Shown one piece after another: positions 27,072-40,265 of a stretch of DNA of 64,000 bases. Position numbers and translations under genes: made by a program. The DNA comes from Mobula hypostoma. Its lineage: Eukaryota. The stretch covers positions 157,420,001 through 157,484,000 of the forward strand of contig NC_086097.1 of assembly GCF_963921235.1 (NCBI RefSeq). Reading direction: 5' to 3'. Each line of letters opens with the position of its first letter. Position 1 is the first letter of the stretch. The notes below the pieces were generated by a model. That model had not been told where the DNA came from. It did no database searches and worked only from the letters and a program-made list of their open reading frames with translations.

Positions 27072-29369
27072 AAAATTCAATGCAGCTGCTGGGTTTGGTA
27101 CAATGGAAGCCTGACTGAAAGGAACCCAAGATATACAAGTGCTGGCTGGCCTCAGCTAAGCTGCCACGGAAGGATTCAACCAACACCATGCTAATGTGAT
27201 GCAAGCCCAGAATTTCTCACACAAGTTTACATCAAAGCTGCGGAAGGCAATAATCTAAGGGTTTGCATTTTGTAATACCACTCCAATATGTTCTCAGGTT
27301 GCTCAAGGTGAAAAAAAAACACAATGAACTACACAGACTGGTAACATTATGACTATTGCTATAGGGATACTGATAGCGGACTGTGCCATGTCACACCTAG
27401 ATGATGTTGGAAGGGCACAGTTCTTTCTTATGTACATCTTTGAGATGGCTAGCAATGCACAAAAGCTAGCAAGAATATAGTCAGTGGCTTGCTGTGCCAG
27501 GCTAAATCTCATAATCCATGTGCAGCCATATGTTTCAACTCAACATAAAATGCACATTGTAAAATTATAGTGAAAATACACTGACACGCTCCCAGCCACA
27601 GTGACTTTGGCATCCAAAACTAAAGCAGTATCAAAGCTAAAGCTAAAGAGGATCGAATAAAGCTTGTAACATGTATCCCATTTCAACAAGTGAGTCTTTT
27701 CTGTAGAGCAGCTGTTTATAAGGCAGTATTAAAGGTCCCTGAAGAATCATGGTGGATTTCATCTTAATAGCCCCTCTCCTCCCTCTCTCTTTCAGGGTAA
27801 TCTGTGCCATTTTTTCATTCTTCCAGTCACAGTGCACTCCAAGGGGAATATTCCTAATTCAGGCATGTCTCATGAAGAAACTTGAATTGAAGATACAATA
27901 TTTCAGCCATGGACATAACACCCTCAACAGACTTTAATAATGTTATTGGCAATAGCTGAGCATTACAGTTGTCTAAGTGAGAGAATCCTAATGATCAACA
28001 TCCATATGACAAAAAAAATTCTCTTCCTTCGAATTCTGCTGCATGTAGCTCAAAAGAATATCAAGCCCATAATTACTTTTCTGTGTGATGGATTAACTTT
28101 ATCTGTACTGAAAATATAAGATGGGATCACTTGCAAATTCAGAAACGTTAATGGCAGAAAACAAATGAAGCTGCTCCCATTTTATTTCTCCGCTAAAGAA
28201 GTCTATAATATTGAAAGAAAAATAAATTATGCATCTTATTACTGAGAGTCTTGCTCTATCTCTTTTGCCTTCCAACCACTCAGCTTCAAAAATGTGCTCC
28301 GGGGTCACATAGCTTCAATGTTAATGAGCCGCTCTAAACAAAATCTTCTATCCACAGGGAAGGACAACTCTGACAGGACCCATTCAAGAAAATACTTCAG
28401 CTGTCAGATAACTCCAAAAATGACACTGCCTAGTTAAGCTGAACAATATATGAGATGTGTCAGGAAACCTAACATGAAATGTTTAAATGAGCCAAGTGAA
28501 GAAAATGATTGAATTTCCTATAATGCAAATAATTACATTTCTACTTGCATCTGTTTAAAAGAAAAAATTTCAATAGAAAACAGTGAAAAGTGGTCTTGAA
28601 TTTCCACAAGGGCATGCCAGAACTTTCACCAGATACAAAAATCTTGGCAAACTAGATGATCCAGTATTTTAGGCTATTTCTATCTTTTTTGGAATTTGTT
28701 ACTTTTATATAATATCAGACATAAAAAGGCTGAAGGCACAACTTATCCAAGTGTCACATTTTAAGTCATTCAGTGGTTAAATCTAATTTTGTTTATTTCC
28801 CAACTTCAATATCACATGAGGGATGCCATTCATAATACAGCTGTCCATGAGGTTGCATGCAAAGACTGCTGGAGCCAGATTCTTACCTGAGGAATCGCTC
28901 AGGTTAAGTGACAACTTTTTTCTCAGGTCAGTGACAACTATGGGCATAATGGAGTTGACTGGAATTTCTCAGCCACTGTACTTCCCTTGCGTAGTAATTG
29001 TGCATATATGGATTTTTCAATTATAACAATGGATTATTTTGCTTCCAAATTCTCATCATTTGTCAAAACTCTTCCCCAAATAAAAATCTGGAGTTAAATT
29101 CATTACTGCTCCACCTGGTATACAACATAAACTGTGGGCAGGGTGAGGAGATACCATCCACATTGGAACATCATACATGCAGTAGGACAGTATATCTATC
29201 TTGGAGGAATAAATGACTGACTGACTAACAGGAAACAAAGAATAGGCATAAATAGGCCTTTTTCCACTTGACGATGACTGATGTGTCACAGTTAACAACG
29301 CTGAAGGGCTCATCTTTATATGATTGATTTAAATTGCATTGATAAATACAACAGAAATGATGTTAAGTA

Positions 29370-30085
29370 GGTCAACTGAATGGGTAAATGTGGCTAGATG
29401 GAGTACACTGAAAGAAAATGTGACCTTCTGCATTTTGGAAGTAAAAATTAAGTATATTATCTAAGTGATGCAGAACTTTGAGATGCAGACAAATCTTCAC
29501 AAAGCAAAGCAGGTAAAGCAAGTAGAACCAACAAAATGATTTTTTTTTATTGTAAGCGGAATTGAATACAAATCAGGAAATATATTTTCAGTGATGATGA
29601 GCATTGTTGCAGCTTTGGGCTCCTTTTTAAAGGAAGGATGGTAATGAGCTGAAAGCAATTAAGAAAATACTTACCAGACCTTGCCCAGGTTATTATAGTT
29701 GTCTAGGCTATGCTTGTAGAAGGCTATGGTGGTTAGAGAGAAGTATCTTGATTGAAATATGCAGATGCAAAGGGATCCAGATAGGACAGGGGTAAAAAAG
29801 ATGCTTCCTCTCGTGGGAGAACATAAAACTTAGAGCTAAAGGTCATTATTTAAAAATAAAGCCTATTTAAGAATTAACTGAGTGCTTTGAATTGTCCTTC
29901 TCAAAGGTAGGTGAAAGGAGAGTCTGAAAATAATGTAAAAACAGATGTAGATAGGTTCACGATTAAGAAGGGATATAATTTATCAGCAGCAATTAAGAGT
30001 GAGTGTGTAGTTGACTTCACAATCGATCAGCCATGATCTTACAGATAGCAGAGCACAACTGAGGACCAATTGATTTATTCCCGAC
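29370..30085 (+). mobile_element. Old degenerate CR1 3' fragment
   Basis: Remnants of the L.EW...WQM...KC...HFG and terminal CR1 motifs, heavily mutated. Confidence 0.6.
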
Positions 30086-30139
30086 CTTAAAAATGCTTTG
30101 GGTAAGTTTCTCTTTCTTCTTTTACTATCATGTAGTGTG

Positions 30140-33100
30140 CTCCTCTTGCATGATGTGCAAAGTTGGGGTGTCCTCCAGTGTCCCCGATGACTAAACGTGA
30201 GAGAAGTGCACCTGGCTGCAGCTCCTTGCAGACCACGTAGGGAAATGCAGCTGGATGACCGACACATCATTCAAGAGAATGAGGACTTGATTAATAGGAA
30301 GGCAGTCACACCTAAGTTGCTGCGGCAGGTAGCTGGGTGACGGTCAGGAGGAGGAGAGTAAATACACAGATTATGAGGAGTACCACTGTGGCCTTTCCCT
30401 TCATTAATAAGTATACCACTTCTGATACTTTGTGGGAGGGGGGAGAAGCCGAACTGAATCTAGTACTTAGGCAATGAACCTGGTCAGATGACAGATCTCT
30501 TAATGAGCAATGAATTTAAGACAGTGACCACAACTCCCTGACCTTTAACATTGTACCGGACAATGATAGGAACAGATGGTGTGAGACAGTACTGTACTGT
30601 ACTTAATTCTGGGAGGTCTAAATATGATGCTAGGAGGCAGGAACTTGGGAGCGTAAATTGGGAACAGACGTTCTTGGGGAAATGTATAATGATGATCTGA
30701 AGGGTGTTTAGGGAGCTCTTGCAAGGGGTTCTGGACATGTTTGCCCCACGAGGCATGAAAGGTAAGGAACCATGGCTAACATGAAAAATGGACATTTAGT
30801 CAAAGGGAAAAAGGAAGCACACTTAAGGATTGGGAAGCAACGATCGGACAGGGATTTTAAGAGTTACAAGATAGCCAGGAAGCTTAAGAAAGGTCTTAGC
30901 AGAGAAAGGCAGGATGCCAAATTGGACTAAGAAGTGACAGATGGAGTTCAATCCAGAAAAGTGTGAAGTGAAACACTTTCGAAGGTCAAATTTGATGGCT
31001 GAGTACAAATTTAATTGCAGTATTCTTAGCAGACTGGAGGAAAAGAGGGATCTTGGGGTCCACATTCATAGTTGCTGCACAAGTTGGTAAGTTGGTTAAG
31101 AAGGTGTGTGGTATGCTGGACTTTGTTTCTCAGGGGGATATGGTTTAAGAACCACAAGGAAATGTTGCAGCTCTGTAAAACTCCGGTTACAATACAGTTG
31201 AAGTACTGTATTAATTCCTGATTACCTCCTTATAGGAAGATGTGGAAGCTTTAGGGAGGGTGCAAAGGAGATTTACCAGGATGCTACCCGGATTAGAAAC
31301 ATAGAAACATAGAAAATAGGTGAAAGAGTAGGCCATTCAGCCCTTCGAGCCTGCACCGCCATTTATTATGATCATGGCTGATCATCCAACTCAGAACCCC
31401 GCCCCAGCCTTCCCTCCATACCCCCTGATCCTCGTAGCCACAAGGGCCATATCTAACTCCCTCTTAAATATAGCAAATGAACTGGCCTCAACTGTTTGCT
31501 GTGGCAGAGAATTCCACAGATTCACCACTCTCTGTGTGAAGAAGTTTTTCCTCATCTCGGTCCTAAAAGGCTTCCCCTTTATCCTCAAACTGTGACCCCT
31601 CGTTCTGGACTTCCCCAACATCGGGAACAATCTTCCTGCATCTAGCCTGTCCAATCCCTTTAGGATCTTATACGTTTCAATCAGATCCCCCCTCAATCTT
31701 CTAAATTCCAACAAGTACAAGCCCAGTTCATCCAGTCTTTCTTCATATGAAAGTCCTGCCATCCCAGGAATCAATCTGGTGAACCTTCTTTGTACTCCCT
31801 CTATGGCAAGGATGTCTTTCCTCAGATTAGGGGACCAAAACTGCACACAATACTCCAGGTGTGGTCTCACCAAGGCCTTGTACAACTGCAGTAGTACCTC
31901 CCTGCTCCTGTACTCGAATCCTCTCGCTATAAATGCCAGCATACCATTCGCCTTTTTCACCGCCTGCTGTACCTGCATGCCCACTTTCAATGACTGGTGT
32001 ATAATGACACCCAGGTCTCGTTGCACCTCCCCTTTTCCTAATCGGCCACCATTCAGATAACAATCTGTTTTCCTATTTTTGCCACCAAAGTGGATAGCTT
32101 CACATTTATCCACATTAAATTGCATCTGCCATGAATTTGCCCACTCACCTAACCTATCCAAGTCACTCTGCATCCTCTTAGCATCCTCACTGCCACCCAG
32201 CTTCGTGTCATCCGCAAACTTGGAGATGCTGCATTTAATTCCCTCATCCAAGTCATTAATATATATTGTAAACAACTGGGGTCCCAGCACTGAGTCTTGC
32301 GGTACCCCATTAGTCACTGCCTGCCATTCTGAAAAGGTCCCGTTTATTCCCACTCTTTGCTTCCTGTCTGCTAACCAATTCTCCATCCACATTAATACCT
32401 TACCCCCAATACCGTGTGCTTTAAGTTTGCACACTAATCTCCTGTGTGGGACCTTGTCAAAAGCCTTTGGAAAATCCAAATATACCACATCCACTGGTTC
32501 TCCCCTATCCACTCTACTGGTTACATCCTCAAAAAATTCTATGCAATTCGTCAGACATGATTTTCCTTTCACAAATCCATGCTGACTTTGTCCAATCACT
32601 TCACCGCTTTCCAAATGTGCTGTTATCACATCCTTGATAACTGATTCCAGCAGTTTCCCCACCACCGACGTTAGGCTAACCGGTCTATAATTCCCCGGTT
32701 TCTCTCTCCCTCCTTTTTTAAAAAGTGGGGTTACATTAGCCACCCTCCAATCCTCAGGAACTAGTCCAGAATCTAACGAGTTTTGAAAAATTATCACTAA
32801 TGCATCCACTATTTCTTGGGCTACTTCCTTAAGCACTCTAGGATGCAGACCATCTGGCCCTGGGGATTTATCTGCCTTCAATCCCTTCAATTTACCTAAC
32901 ACCACTTCCCTACTAACATGTATTTTGCTCAGTTCCTCCATCTCACTGGACCCTCTGTCCCCTACTATTTCTGGAAGATTATTTATGTCCTCCTTAGTGA
33001 AGACAGAACCAAAGTAATTATTCAGTTGGTCTGCCATGTCCTTGCTCCCCATAATCAATTCACCTGTTTATGTCTGTAGGGGACCTACATTTGTCTTTAC

Positions 33101-34310
33101 CAGTTTTTTCCTTTTTACATATCTATAAAAGCTTTTACAGTCCGTTTTTATGTTCCCTGCCAGTTTTCTCTCATAATCTTTTTTCCCCTTCCTAATTAAG
33201 CCCTTTGTCCTCCTCTGCTGAACTCTGAATTTCTCCCAGTCCTCAGGTGAGCCACTTTCTCTGGCTAATTTGTATGCTTCTTCTTTGGAATTGATACTAT
33301 CCCTAATTTCTCTTGTCAGCCACGGGTGCACTACCTTCCTTGATTTATTCTTTTGCTAAACTGGGATGAACAATAGTTGTAGTTCATCCAGGCAACCTTT
33401 AAATGCTTGCCATTGCATATCCACCGTCAATCCTTTAAGTGTCATTTGCCAGTCTATCTTAGCTAATTCACGTCTCATACCTTCAAAGTTACCCCTCTTT
33501 AAGTTCAGAACCTTTGTTTCTGAATTAACTATGTCACTCTCCATCTTAATGAAGAATTCCACCATATTATGGTCACTCTTACCCAAGGGGCCTCTCACGA
33601 CAAGATTGCTAATTAACCCTTCCTCATTGCTCAAAACCCAGTCCAGAATAGCCTGCTCGCTAGTTGGTTCCTTGACATGTTGGTTCAAAAAACCATCCCG
33701 CATACATTCCAAGAAATCCTCTTCCTCAGCACCTTTACCAATTTGGTTCACCCAATCTACATGTAGATTGAAGTCACCCACTATAACTGCTGTTCCTTTA
33801 TTGCACACATTTCTAATTTCCTGTTTAATACCATCTCCGACCTCATTACTACTGTTAGGTGGCCTGTACACAACACCCACCAGCGTCTTCTGCCCCTTAG
33901 TGTTACGCAGCTCTACCCATATCGATTAGAGAATGTTTCTTATTAGGAAAGGTTGAGAAAGCAGGGGCTTTTCTCTTTGGATCAAGGGAGGATGAAGAGA
34001 GACTTGAGAGAATTATATAAGATGGTAAGAGGCATAGATAGAATTGATAGCCATTGCTTTTTTCCCCAGTGTTGTGCTGGCTAATACAAGAGGACAAACT
34101 TTTAAGGTGAGTGAAGGAAAACATGGGCAGGGGTGTCAGAGGTAGGCCTTTTTCTTAGCATAGTGAGTGGCAAGTGCATGGAAAACGCTGCCAAGGGTGG
34201 GGGTAGAAGCAGATACATTAGTGACACTTAAGAGACTGTTTGCTAGGCACATGGATGAAAGGAAAACGGACGGCTATGTAGGAGGGAAAGGTTAGATTGA
34301 CGTTGGAAGA
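30140..34310 (+). mobile_element. Older, internally deleted CR1 LINE split by the 31298-33923 insertion
   Basis: Degenerate ORF1-like part near 30240-30440 and RT C-terminal residues. The reading RVQRRFTRMLPGL|ENVSY.ERL continues across the insertion. 3' UTR-like sequence runs to about 34310. Outer boundaries approximate. Confidence 0.75.
31298..33923 (-). mobile_element. Young 5'-truncated CR1 LINE (part of endonuclease plus RT ORF2) with 7-bp TSD GATTAGA
   Basis: ORFs 33356..33880, 33068..33331 and 31391..33058 share one frame, split by two stops. Motifs GVVYRPP, GDFN, SDHN, YLDF.KAFD and SKFADD. (TTTCTATG)n tail; GATTAGA at 31291-31297 and 33924-33930. Confidence 0.95.
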
Positions 34311-34319
34311 AGTCAAAAT

Positions 34320-34868
34320 TTTATAAAGCACTGGTGAGGCGTCACTTGGAGTATTGTGAGCCAGTTTGGGCCCCTTATCTGAGAAAGGATGTGCTGAAAC
34401 TGCTCAAAGGAGGTATACAAAAATGATTGAATGGCTTGTCATATGAAGAGTGTTTGATGGCTCTGAGCCTGTATTCACTAGAATTCAGAAGAATGAGAGG
34501 TGATCTCATTGAAACCTACTGAATGGTGAAAGGCCTTGATAGAGATGATGTGGAGAGGATGGTTCCTATGGTGGGAGAGTCTAAGACCAGAGGACATAGC
34601 CTCAGAATAGAGGGGTGTCCTTTTAGAATGGAGATGAGGAAGAATATCTTTAGCCAGAGAGTGGCAAATCTGTGGAAACCTGTGCCACAGGCAGCTATGG
34701 AGGCATAGATTTTATGTATATTTAAGGCAAAGGTTGATTAATTCTTGATTGGTCAGGGCATGCTAGAACACGGGGAGAAAGCAGGAGATTACAGCTGAGA
34801 GGAAAATAGTGGAGCATTCTCGATGGACTAAATGGCTTAATTCTGCTCCTATATCTTATGGTCTCATG
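34320..34868 (+). mobile_element. CR1 LINE 3' fragment
   Basis: ORF 34523..34708 (GESKTRGHSLRIEGCPFRMEMRKNIFSQRVANLW) and terminal gctcctatatcttatggtctcatg. Confidence 0.85.
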
Positions 34869-34885
34869 CTGTAAACAGTCAGCAA

Positions 34886-37800
34886 TATTGTGTATTTAAT
34901 ACTTCAGTAATATTTGAGTAATATTGTAAAGTCATTGGTGCCTTAAGTATTCGTAGCTGTTGATATTATTAATTACAGTTGTATGCACGAAGTACGTGAA
35001 TGACTACACACCTGTTGAAGCCAACCAAGACATCAAGAATGTGCAGCAATACATTCAAGTTTCAAAAAATCACAGCATGCTTCCTTTGCAAGAGGAGAAG
35101 ACATTTGAGTTTCAAAAAAGGCAAGAAATAGATAGAATTCACAGGTTCATAAAAAGTGAGCATAGGTGATAATAATAATAATAATAATAAATAAAACCAA
35201 GAGAAATGGCTGGCTACTTCAGAAGGATAGACTTGTTCAATTGCACAAAAGATAAATGGATTATGTATTCTGAATGACTTGAGCAGTATTTTGAAGCAAA
35301 TGGAATAGCCAATGAGAAGCGAGTACCAGTTTTGCTGAGTGTAATAGGTTGGAAAGCACAAAGATTGCTTAGAAGTTTGACTCTTCCAACCAAACCAGAT
35401 GAAATGAGTTTTGATAATATATTGAAAGTAATGCAGGAACATTTAGAACCAAAACTAATGTTGATTGCAGAATGCTTTAGGTTTTATAAGCAGAATCAAA
35501 AGGAAGGGGAATCTAATTCAGCTGAATAGAAGAGATTATCAGAACATTGGCAGTTCACTAATGGCCTTAATGGTGCACTGAGGGATCATTTACTTGCAAA
35601 ATGTTACAAGAAAGCATTCAAAAAGAGCTCCTAACTGAAGCACAACTTACATTTAAGAGAGCAGATAAAATAGCTGTATTAATGGAAACAGCAGAGAGAG
35701 ATGCAATCGAGTTGCAGTCAGTGTGAACAAATTTGCAATGTCCAAACAGAAAACTGCCTGGCCAACAAATAGTGTTATCATGGTGGCAGGGGCTAACATA
35801 CACCATACATATGCAGATTTAAAGGTGAAGACAAAGAGCATGTCGGGCAACAAAAATAAATGGACTGCGTAGGGAAAAGAAAAAGATAAATATCAAGCAG
35901 GAGTTCAAAAAGAGCATTAATTTGCTTGTTGTTGCTGAAAAATTTGATAGTGATGACAGTGACACAGAATTGAGTAACCTTGAGATCTACAGTATGAAAA
36001 CTAATAACAGGCAAGCAATATGGTCACAGCAGAAGTGAATGGCAAGTTAATTAAAATAGATTGGACACTGGCTCGGCTGTTTCAGTTATTCCACAAAGTG
36101 AGTTTGAACAGCATTTCAAAGATACTGAACTGAAGCCTGCAGATATTCAACGAGGAAATTACTCTGGAAAAAGGATGACTCCTGTGAGAATGACATTTGT
36201 AGCAGTGAAATACAGCAACTTTGATGTGTGTGACTTGAATTTCCAGCATCTGCAGAATTCCTCGTGTTTACGTTTTTTAAAAAAACCAACAAGCCACATT
36301 GCACTTGTATGTGGTAAAATCAGGAGAGGCAGCAATGTGTGGGCATGTGCGCCACATCCCCTGCAATAGAGTCAACTAAAAGGTACTGGGTGATGTCACA
36401 GCGTTGTTCAAAGATGACATTGGAAAACTCATACGTATCAAGGGTAAAATAGTGTAAGTGAAAATGCCACACCCAAGTTTTGCGAAGCCCGTCTGGTTCG
36501 TTGTATCATCTATGGTAAAGTAGCCAGTGAGCCAAATCACACGGAGGCAGAAGGAATTCTTTCGAAGATTAACTGGAGACCATGGGCAATGCCACTGGTC
36601 CCCGAAGACAAGAAGGATGGATCCGACAGTATCTGTGATGATTTTAAGGTCACCATCAACCCAGTAGTGAAAGTAGATTAATACCCTCTGCCCAGGATAG
36701 TGGATATCTTTGCCATCCTGTCTGGAAGATAACAATTCAGCAAAGTGGACTTGCTGAGGCCTACCTACACACAGACTTGAAAGAGTCCAAAGTGTTTCTC
36801 ACCATAAACACTCCCAAAGGGCTTTATTGTTTTAAAAAGCCTATTTTGGAGTAGTATCTGCACTTGTACTCTGGCAGAAAGGTGTAGACCAGGCGCTGCA
36901 AAGCTGCCCAGGCACTCCGAAGTATCTGCATGATATCATTGTTACCGGTAAGAGTGACAAGGAGCTTTACCAATCTCAAGACAGTGTAAAGAAGATTTGA
37001 TGATTTTGGGCTCAGAGCATGGAGCAACCAATGTGAATTCTTTAAACCAAGTATCACTTACTGTCATCACACCATCAATGCACAAGTATTACACAAGTGC
37101 ACTGAGGAAATTCAAGCAGTGGTGGATGCCCCAAGGCCAAAGGAAATATCACAGTTGCAGTCATTTTTTAGGATTTGTCAATTACTATAATAGGTTCCTG
37201 CCAAACCTCGCTACTATTTCCACCCCTTGAACTCATTACTAAAGATGGGGAAGAAATGGCAACGGACAGTGAGAGGTGGCTTTCAAAAAGGTAAAGGAAA
37301 AGTTGACTTCACACACTGTACTTATATATGATGATCCACATCATCCAGTGAAGCTTGCCTGTGATGCCTCGCCTTATGGTAAAGGTGCAGTCATGTCACA
37401 TGTTAGGAGTGATGGAGGTGAAGGCTTTGCACCACTTTCCCTTACCACTGCAGAGAAAAATTACGCACAGATTGACAGACAGGCTTCAAGTCTGGTTTGA
37501 GGTATAAAATGTTTCAAGCAGTATTTGTATGGGAGAGAGTTCACCCTCATTACTGATCACCTGCCACTACTGTCCATTTTCAATTCACAGAAGAGTGTAA
37601 CACTAACAACCACATAAGGAATGCAGAGATGGACCCTGTTACCAGGAGGCCACAAATATACGATAGCATTCAAAAGGACAACTAATCACGGAAATGCAGG
37701 TGGATTCTCCAATTTACTCTTGGAAAGGAAATACCTGAAAAATTTACAAAGAGAATACCCTCTTGACATAATCTTCCTTATGCAAATCAAAAGTCTATTA

Positions 37801-39170
37801 TGGCAGAGATGAACCAAACAGAAATCAGAAAAGACCCCATACTGTCTCAGGTCTTCATGGCCACCCAAAATGGTTTTAATGTGTGGCAGATATCACAGTT
37901 CCCACATTTTTACCAGCACCGTGATGAACTTTCCTTTGACGATGGTTGCCTTACATGGCGATTCAGAGTTGTTGTACCTCCTGGAGAGCTAAAATATTTG
38001 AGGAGCTACATGAGGCTCAAAATAAAAGTGTTAGCTCTAAGCATTATATGGAGGCCTGGGATAGATCAGCAGATCAAGCAGCTTGCCATGTACTGATCAG
38101 GATGCCAACACGTCCAGAAGATGTCAAGAACAGTGCCACTTCATCCCTGGGAATAAACTGCAATGCCCTCGCAGAGGTTTCATGTTGGTTTTGCCAGACT
38201 ATTCATGGACACAAATTTTTTGGTGGAAGTATCTACAAAATGCCCAGAAGTGTTCCCAGTAGCCTTCACTGCAGCCTTGCACACTGTTGATGTGTTGAGA
38301 TAACTCTTCTCAAAGACTGGTGTTTGAGAGCACTTAGTCAGTGGCAATGGGTTACAGTTTGTTGTGGTACAGTTTCAGTCATTTCTGAAGATGAGCGGAG
38401 TAAGAAATATTATGTCTGCACCATACCACCCAGCTACAAATGGCTTGGTGGAAAGGTTTACCCAGAGTCTAAAGAACGTACTGCGAGCAATGTCAAAAAC
38501 ATACATACACACACTGAATCAGAAGCTCGCCAATTTTCTCCTTGTCTATTCCAATGCAGCACACTCCATAACCAAAAACTCACCAGCCACGCTGCTCCTG
38601 GGTTGTCCCTTCATTCGCATTTGGATCTCATCAAACCCATTCGCAGAAGGAGTGTGCAGGACAAACAGCTGAGGCAAATCGGAGACTCCTCAAACAAAAA
38701 GATTCAACGTTTCACTCCTGGACAAGCAATCCTGGTGAGGAACTACAGAGCTGGTCAAAAGTGAGTACTTGGAAAGATTAAAGTCAGAACCCGACCACTC
38801 TCCTGCATTGTGGAGATTGTGTCTGATATCATCTGGAGATGACATATTGATCAGTTAAAGAAAACAGAGTTAATCGTCAGAGAAGAAAGGTTGCCAGAGC
38901 TGTCAGAACCATTTCCTGCAGTCTCAGAGTCAACTCCCACAACTATTACGGAGAAGGCCGCAGAACGTGAGATTGTTTCACAGTCAAATGTCTCACCTGC
39001 CAAGCAGAGGGATCCCTCTTTTCAGGAAAGACGTTATCCCACAAGAGTAAGAACACCAACACAGCGATTATATTTCTCAGCCTGATTGGTACAATTTAAA
39101 ATTCTCTATACTGTGGATGTCTATTAGTTGTATTTATATTTTACAGTATACCATATTCACAGTGTATACA
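34886..39170 (+). mobile_element. Decayed Ty3/gypsy LTR retrotransposon (gag, PR, RT, RNase H, IN); no 3' LTR seen
   Basis: gag-like start ATG 35206 (..LEQYFEANGIANEKRVPVLLSVIG..); protease LDTGSAVSVI at 36061; RT active-site remnant YLHDII near 36923; RNase H LACDASPYG; integrase SAPYHPATNGLVERF. PR-RT-RH-IN order. Many stops and frameshifts. Boundaries approximate. Confidence 0.88.
36213..36278 (+). mobile_element. Penelope-like repeat fragment inserted in the gypsy pol region
   Basis: ttccagcatctgcagaattcctcgtgttt matches 23162-23190 and the reverse complement of 63972-64000. Confidence 0.6.
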
Positions 39171-40169
39171 CACACACACACACACACGTATTACATGTCT
39201 CAGAGGATCTGTCCTGGGCACAACATAATGATGCAAGCACAAAGAATTAGCCAGTGACTAATGAACTCAAGATCACTACCTCACTATTTTGGTCTCTTTA
39301 TGCACTATTTTTTATATATTTCCTATTGTAACTTATAGTAATTTTTAAAATATTGCACTATACTGCAAAATAACATATTTCAGAGATGATAAGCCTGATC
39401 CTGGCTCTGATTCTAGTCCCTTACATATCCCACTTCCATTGATGTACCATTGTCCAGGCACCAATTGTTGAAATTCCCTTCAAGTTTTTTTTTCCTCTTT
39501 GCCTCTATTTCCACTTTAAGGTTTTCCTTAATATTCGTCAGGTTGCTGTCGAATGTTTGTCTGATTACACTCATTTAGCATCTTGACATCTTCCTAAGAT
39601 ACAGGAACAACATAAATGAAAACTGCGATTACCCAATTTAAGCCTTCAATGGTGGAAATGCGTTTTGTTTTCCAATTAGTAGCCTGAGGTAAATGAACAC
39701 TCTGACCAAATCCCGTGGTCTTAGCTGTAGGGGTATAAATAACCTGGGTGGAAGATGATGATTAACTGGCACAATAATAGTGTAATGCATTGTAATATGA
39801 AAATATACAAGGCAATGAAGCCATTTGGATTAATACAAGTTGATAGAACTGCATTGCTTGGTTTAGAATAAAGAATTATTGCCTCTTAAAAAAACTGTAA
39901 TGACTGCATTTACTGCATTTCAAGTGTGAGGAAAGTTTCATCACTGCACGGTAGTTAGGTTTAAACTCAGTTTGGAAATTATTGACCACCTCCACAATGG
40001 AAGGGGATAAATAGCCAACTGGATTGATGATATGTATGGCAGCTCAAAGCTTTCATTAAGTGATAATGAGTGATGTCAGCAAATCTGAGATCATACTACT
40101 GTTAAAGTATCATACAATTTCATTTTCTGCACAAGATGATTTTTTTTAAACTTTAAAAAATTAACAACC

Positions 40170-40179
40170 CATGCATGCA
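40170..40179 (-). promoter_or_regulatory. Two overlapping UGCAUG (RBFOX) motifs downstream of the ICL3 cassette exon
   Basis: Transcript strand reads UGCAUGCAUG about 90 nt 3' of the donor at 40265. Confidence 0.55.
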
Positions 40180-40265
40180 ATGTGCTCAGTAAACCAATAA
40201 TTAACTATTGGTATGTCCTTCAGAAGACAGAATTAAAATCAAGTATTGAAATTACAAGAACTAAC

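Noticed and set aside
31391..33058. 555-aa RT ORF as a domesticated gene or retron/DGR-like RT
   Set aside because: Typical CR1 ORF2 with tail and TSD, upstream stops, 5' truncation and a QG-to-QD change in the conserved PQGS motif.
31368..33929. Several + strand ORFs (up to 187 aa) opposite the CR1 ORF2
   Set aside because: Antisense shadow frames of the LINE coding sequence, with no recognisable domains.
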